A DNA stretch of 64,000 nt from Candidatus Marinacidobacterales bacterium. GTDB lineage: Bacteria; Acidobacteriota; Vicinamibacteria; Marinacidobacterales; SMYC01. The DNA lies in the NCBI GenBank assembly GCA_965224085.1, contig CBDCYI010000005.1:2080001-2144000 (forward strand). The letters are read 5' to 3'. Below are positions 60,831 through 64,000 of this stretch, in pieces (position 1 is the first letter of the stretch; each line of letters starts with the position of its first letter). The notes beneath the pieces were generated by a model. The model was not told where the DNA came from. It was given only the letters and a program-made list of their open reading frames with translations, and did no database searches. A program made the translations under genes and the position numbers.

Positions 60831-62832
60831 CCCATGTTTCCCTTTTAGGTCTCTAAGTCATCATAAACAAAGGACTGAGATCCGCGGTTTGTCTCTACGC
60901 TGACAGCACCTCCTCGGAGAAGGCTGGCGGGTCGCGTTCAACGATTCCGAGTGCAGTCAGGATCGAGTTGGCGCGAGCGGTGCCGCGCGTGACGACGCGC
61001 TTGGTCCGCCCAGAACCCAGCTGTAAGTCGACGAGCCGGACCGAGCGTAGCGCTTGTAGTGCCTCGGTTGCGGACAGGTCGAGTTCGGCGACCTTGAGCT
61101 TTTTCTCAAGAGCCCGATGCACAAGGAAGGCCAGCGTAGCTACGAAAAGATGTGCCTCCACACGCTCATCGGTCTGGTGGTAAACGGGACGCATCTCAAT
61201 GACATCCTTAAGGCATGAGAAGGCTCGCTCGACCTCGTTTAGGTCCTTGTAAAGGCGCACGGCGTCGACCGGAGAGAGGTTTTGCTCCTCGGTTTGAATA
61301 ACGTACTTACCCTCGTAGGCTTGCTCGCGCTTGAGGTTGACCGGGTGCTCGAAGAAGCGGAAGCGAGCGTTTTTGTACTCCCAGTCGTAGTAACGGTGAC
61401 CGTGGTGGCGTGCCTGTATGCGCGCGGCGGCGGCACCGATTTTCTCGGGGGCTTTCAATCGTCCCTCGCGCACGCGGCGCTCGAGGGCCTCGAATGCCGC
61501 ACGGGCACGTCCCATGGCCCGCAGCCTCTGCCCGCGCTCGTAGGCGAGCCTTTCGTCGCTGTGAACGACGAAGATGCGCACGCCAGACTGCTCGGAGCGG
61601 ACTTCTTGCACACGAGTCTTAGGTGGCTCGGCTTTTTCGCTCACCGTGATGCCACCAGGGCAGTCGATCCACTCTCCGCTGGCGCGCTCGATGTAACGAT
61701 AGACCTCCTCGCGCCGTCGTCTTTGCAGCCCGACGAGATAGCCCTGCTTGCGCGAGCGCACCACCGCCAGGCTGTCGCTCGTTACCATCCCTCGGTCGCC
61801 GACAAAAACCACGCGGTGCAAACCGAATCGTTCGTTGAGATCGTTGAGCACCTGCGGCACCGTTTTCGCGTCACGCCAGTTGCCGGCGAAAACATGGTGG
61901 GCGATCGGCCAACCGTCCACCATCACCAGACCGACAAGCACTTGCCGGTTACGCGGTCTGCGGTCGCGACTGTAGCCGTGGGCGCCGAGCCCCGGAGGGC
62001 CTTGACCTTCGAAGTACGTCGACGTCAGGTCGTAAAACACCATGTCAACCTCAAGCGAAAACAGATCCCGCAAGCGCAAAAACAGCTCTTTCTCGATCTG
62101 TTCTTTGCGGGCATGCAGCTGGTCGAGCGTTCGGTACCATTGCTTGAGTTGGCGAAACTCCACGCGAACCCGCGGGGAGCGACTCGCTCGCCGCTCCCCA
62201 TCATCGCGCCACTGCGGCACCCACCGCCGCCCCTGCCGGTCGCAGACGAAGTCGGTCTCGAGCCAGCGCGCCAGACCGTGCTCGCTTGACGGAGCACATA
62301 GCCGGTTGGCGACCAGCACCAAAGCTCGCTCGCTTAGCGCCACTCCGTCGCGCTTGCCGCGGCCTCCGAGCCGGTCGAGAATCTGCTCCAGTCCGAGCTC
62401 GCGCCACAGCGTCGCCGTCACCACCATCGGACCCCAATCCCACGCGTCTGCCCCCGCGATCTGCTCGGCTGCTCGCTCGGTGTCGGCCGGTTCACCGGCC
62501 CCAAGCAACCGATTGAGGGAGTCGAGATTGGCAACTAGGAGATCCTTGCGCCCCAAGTTGCACACTACGCGTTGCCTCGGCTTGCCGTGCTCCCGATACG
62601 ACTCGACCAGGCGGACATACTCATGTTGAACCCCTTTGCCGCCTGCGGCCCGAACGATGCGGAAGAACATAACCTGTCCTCACGCATACTACATATCATT
62701 GTCCACGATTACAACGTATTAATGGCGCTCAAAGCACAATATCTGTCTCTACGTTTTGGGCAAATTCAACCCCCGTTCCTTTGAATTCAGTCACTTACGA
62801 GCGTTAGGGTGCCCATAAAGGGTAAACATGGG
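60831..62832 (-). mobile_element. IS1634-family element, 2002 bp, CTAG target duplication
   Basis: Imperfect TIRs beginning CCCATGTTT at both ends; CTAG at 60827-60830 and 62833-62836. Confidence 0.9.
60895..62670 (-). CDS. IS1634-family transposase
   Basis: LVESYRE...QRVVCNLG, FYDLTSTYFEG, VGDRGM, YKDLNEVERAF, RPVYH. Confidence 0.92.
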   Translation of the reverse strand: MFFRIVRAAGGKGVQHEYVRLVESYREHGKPRQRVVCNLGRKDLLVANLDSLNRLLGAGEPADTERAAEQIAGADAWDWGPMVVTATLWRELGLEQILDRLGGRGKRDGVALSERALVLVANRLCAPSSEHGLARWLETDFVCDRQGRRWVPQWRDDGERRASRSPRVRVEFRQLKQWYRTLDQLHARKEQIEKELFLRLRDLFSLEVDMVFYDLTSTYFEGQGPPGLGAHGYSRDRRPRNRQVLVGLVMVDGWPIAHHVFAGNWRDAKTVPQVLNDLNERFGLHRVVFVGDRGMVTSDSLAVVRSRKQGYLVGLQRRRREEVYRYIERASGEWIDCPGGITVSEKAEPPKTRVQEVRSEQSGVRIFVVHSDERLAYERGQRLRAMGRARAAFEALERRVREGRLKAPEKIGAAAARIQARHHGHRYYDWEYKNARFRFFEHPVNLKREQAYEGKYVIQTEEQNLSPVDAVRLYKDLNEVERAFSCLKDVIEMRPVYHQTDERVEAHLFVATLAFLVHRALEKKLKVAELDLSATEALQALRSVRLVDLQLGSGRTKRVVTRGTARANSILTALGIVERDPPAFSEEVLSA

Positions 62833-62914
62833 CTAGGATATAGCCTTGCGCGAGCGCGGTCTAATTGCTGACAACTTCAAACTGACACCTGAACAAGTCT
62901 AGCGTCGCGAGCAC

Positions 62915-63610
62915 TCAGCTGTCCACGAGAGCTCGGGCTTTCTTGAATACGCGGTGGAACATCGAGCGCGTGAGCCTCCCAGTGAACGTGTTCTGCTGGC
63001 TCGGATGGTAGCTTCCGAGAAGGCGCAACCCGCCGGACAACGTGGCGTCCGAGCCGTGCGCAAACTTGGGCTTCGGGTTCGGGAGCTCGCGCCCCGAATC
63101 ACGCCACGCCGCGACAAAACCGTCGAATCCTATACGGCCGAGTGCGAGCACCACTCTCAATTCGGTCATCGCTTCGAACTCGAGCAAAAGAAACGGGCGA
63201 CAACGCAGGATCTCCTCGCGCGTCGGCTTGTTGTCTGGCGGCGCACAGTGGGCGATTGCGGTGATGTAGGCGGAGTCGAGGCGAAGCCCGTCATCGCGCC
63301 CTTTCGATTCCGCCTGGTTCGCGAAACCGTAGCGACAGAGCGCGCCGTACAACCAATCGCCGCTGCGGTCCCCGGTAAACATCCGCCCGGTGCGATTCGC
63401 CCCATGGGCCGCGGGTGCGAGGCCGACAATGAGAAGGCGCGCGTCAAGATCGCCAAAAGACGGTACCGCTCTTCCCCAGTATTCTTCATTGGCGAAGCGT
63501 TTGATCTTCACCGAGGCGACCCGTTCGCGGTGTGCGACTAGGCGGGGGCACTGCCGACACTGAACGATATTGCTCTGGATGCGATCGAGCTTCTCTGGGG
63601 CTTCGGACAT
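62915..63610 (-). CDS. Uracil-DNA glycosylase, family 5 (UdgB-like, Fe-S)
   Basis: CRQCPRL, GLAPAAHGANRTGRMFTGD, HCAPPDNKP, YHPSQQN. Confidence 0.9.
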   Translation of the reverse strand: MSEAPEKLDRIQSNIVQCRQCPRLVAHRERVASVKIKRFANEEYWGRAVPSFGDLDARLLIVGLAPAAHGANRTGRMFTGDRSGDWLYGALCRYGFANQAESKGRDDGLRLDSAYITAIAHCAPPDNKPTREEILRCRPFLLLEFEAMTELRVVLALGRIGFDGFVAAWRDSGRELPNPKPKFAHGSDATLSGGLRLLGSYHPSQQNTFTGRLTRSMFHRVFKKARALVDS

Positions 63611-63627
63611 GGTTAGAATGACGGAGC

Positions 63628-63909
63628 ATAACAAGAAAGACCTGGGCAACGTTCGCGCCGCCTCGCATCCGAGAATGGTCGGGGTTTCTGACGGACGCCG
63701 ATTGCGGGGCCACCGGCGGCAAACAAGGCGCTTTGCACGTTCGATGTGCCGAACGGTGCATCCGCGCAGGACAGCAGCCGATGTTGTATACACGAGGGAA
63801 GCTCTATCGCCTCGACGGCTACCAGCACCTTGCGATCGTTCGCGGCGAGCCGCTCCGATTCAAAGGCTGGTTGGAAGCCGATACGATCCACGTCTTGGAT
63901 GGCGAGTAG
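63628..63909 (+). pseudogene. 5'-truncated small Cys-rich domain (DUF5818-like)
   Basis: Hand translation EWSGFLTDADCG...HVRCAERCIRAGQQPMLYTRGKLYRLDG...TIHVLDGE*; no canonical start upstream of the motif. Confidence 0.45.
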
Positions 63910-64000
63910 AATACCGCTCTCTTAACAACAACCCGCCGAAGCAAAAGCAACGTACGGCGCCCCTGCCCTTGCTCCGGCGCAACGGACGGCGGCCCAGGAG

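Overview
GC-rich bacterial chromosomal window, probably from an Acidobacteriota-like organism (inferred from gene content: CRTAC1/ASPIC-UnbV and PD40 proteins, Tat-exported formate dehydrogenase). Intact blocks: a TPR/FG-GAP/ASPIC-UnbV cluster, an M24 peptidase, a selenocysteine formate dehydrogenase operon (fdnGHI), boxC-boxB-boxR with acyl-CoA enzymes, an S9 peptidase, a HAD-SerA fusion, a lipoate/2-oxoacid dehydrogenase operon (lpdA-lipB-E1a-E1b-E2-lipA), a CDF transporter and a family-5 UDG. Between them lie many eroded genes (frameshifts, deletion chimeras, one clean 210-bp intragenic inversion) and IS elements, including four stacked at one CTAGCTAG site. Top finding: the ORFs at 3111-4946 and 1359-3089 are in frame across a single UGA. 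That UGA is followed by a hairpin with the same 11-nt spacing and an AGU-led 5-nt loop as the fdnG SECIS in this window, pointing to a candidate ~1190-aa FG-GAP/ASPIC-UnbV/redoxin/TPR selenoprotein. No CRISPR array, rRNA or tRNA was recognised. All family calls come from motif recognition by eye, not database searches.
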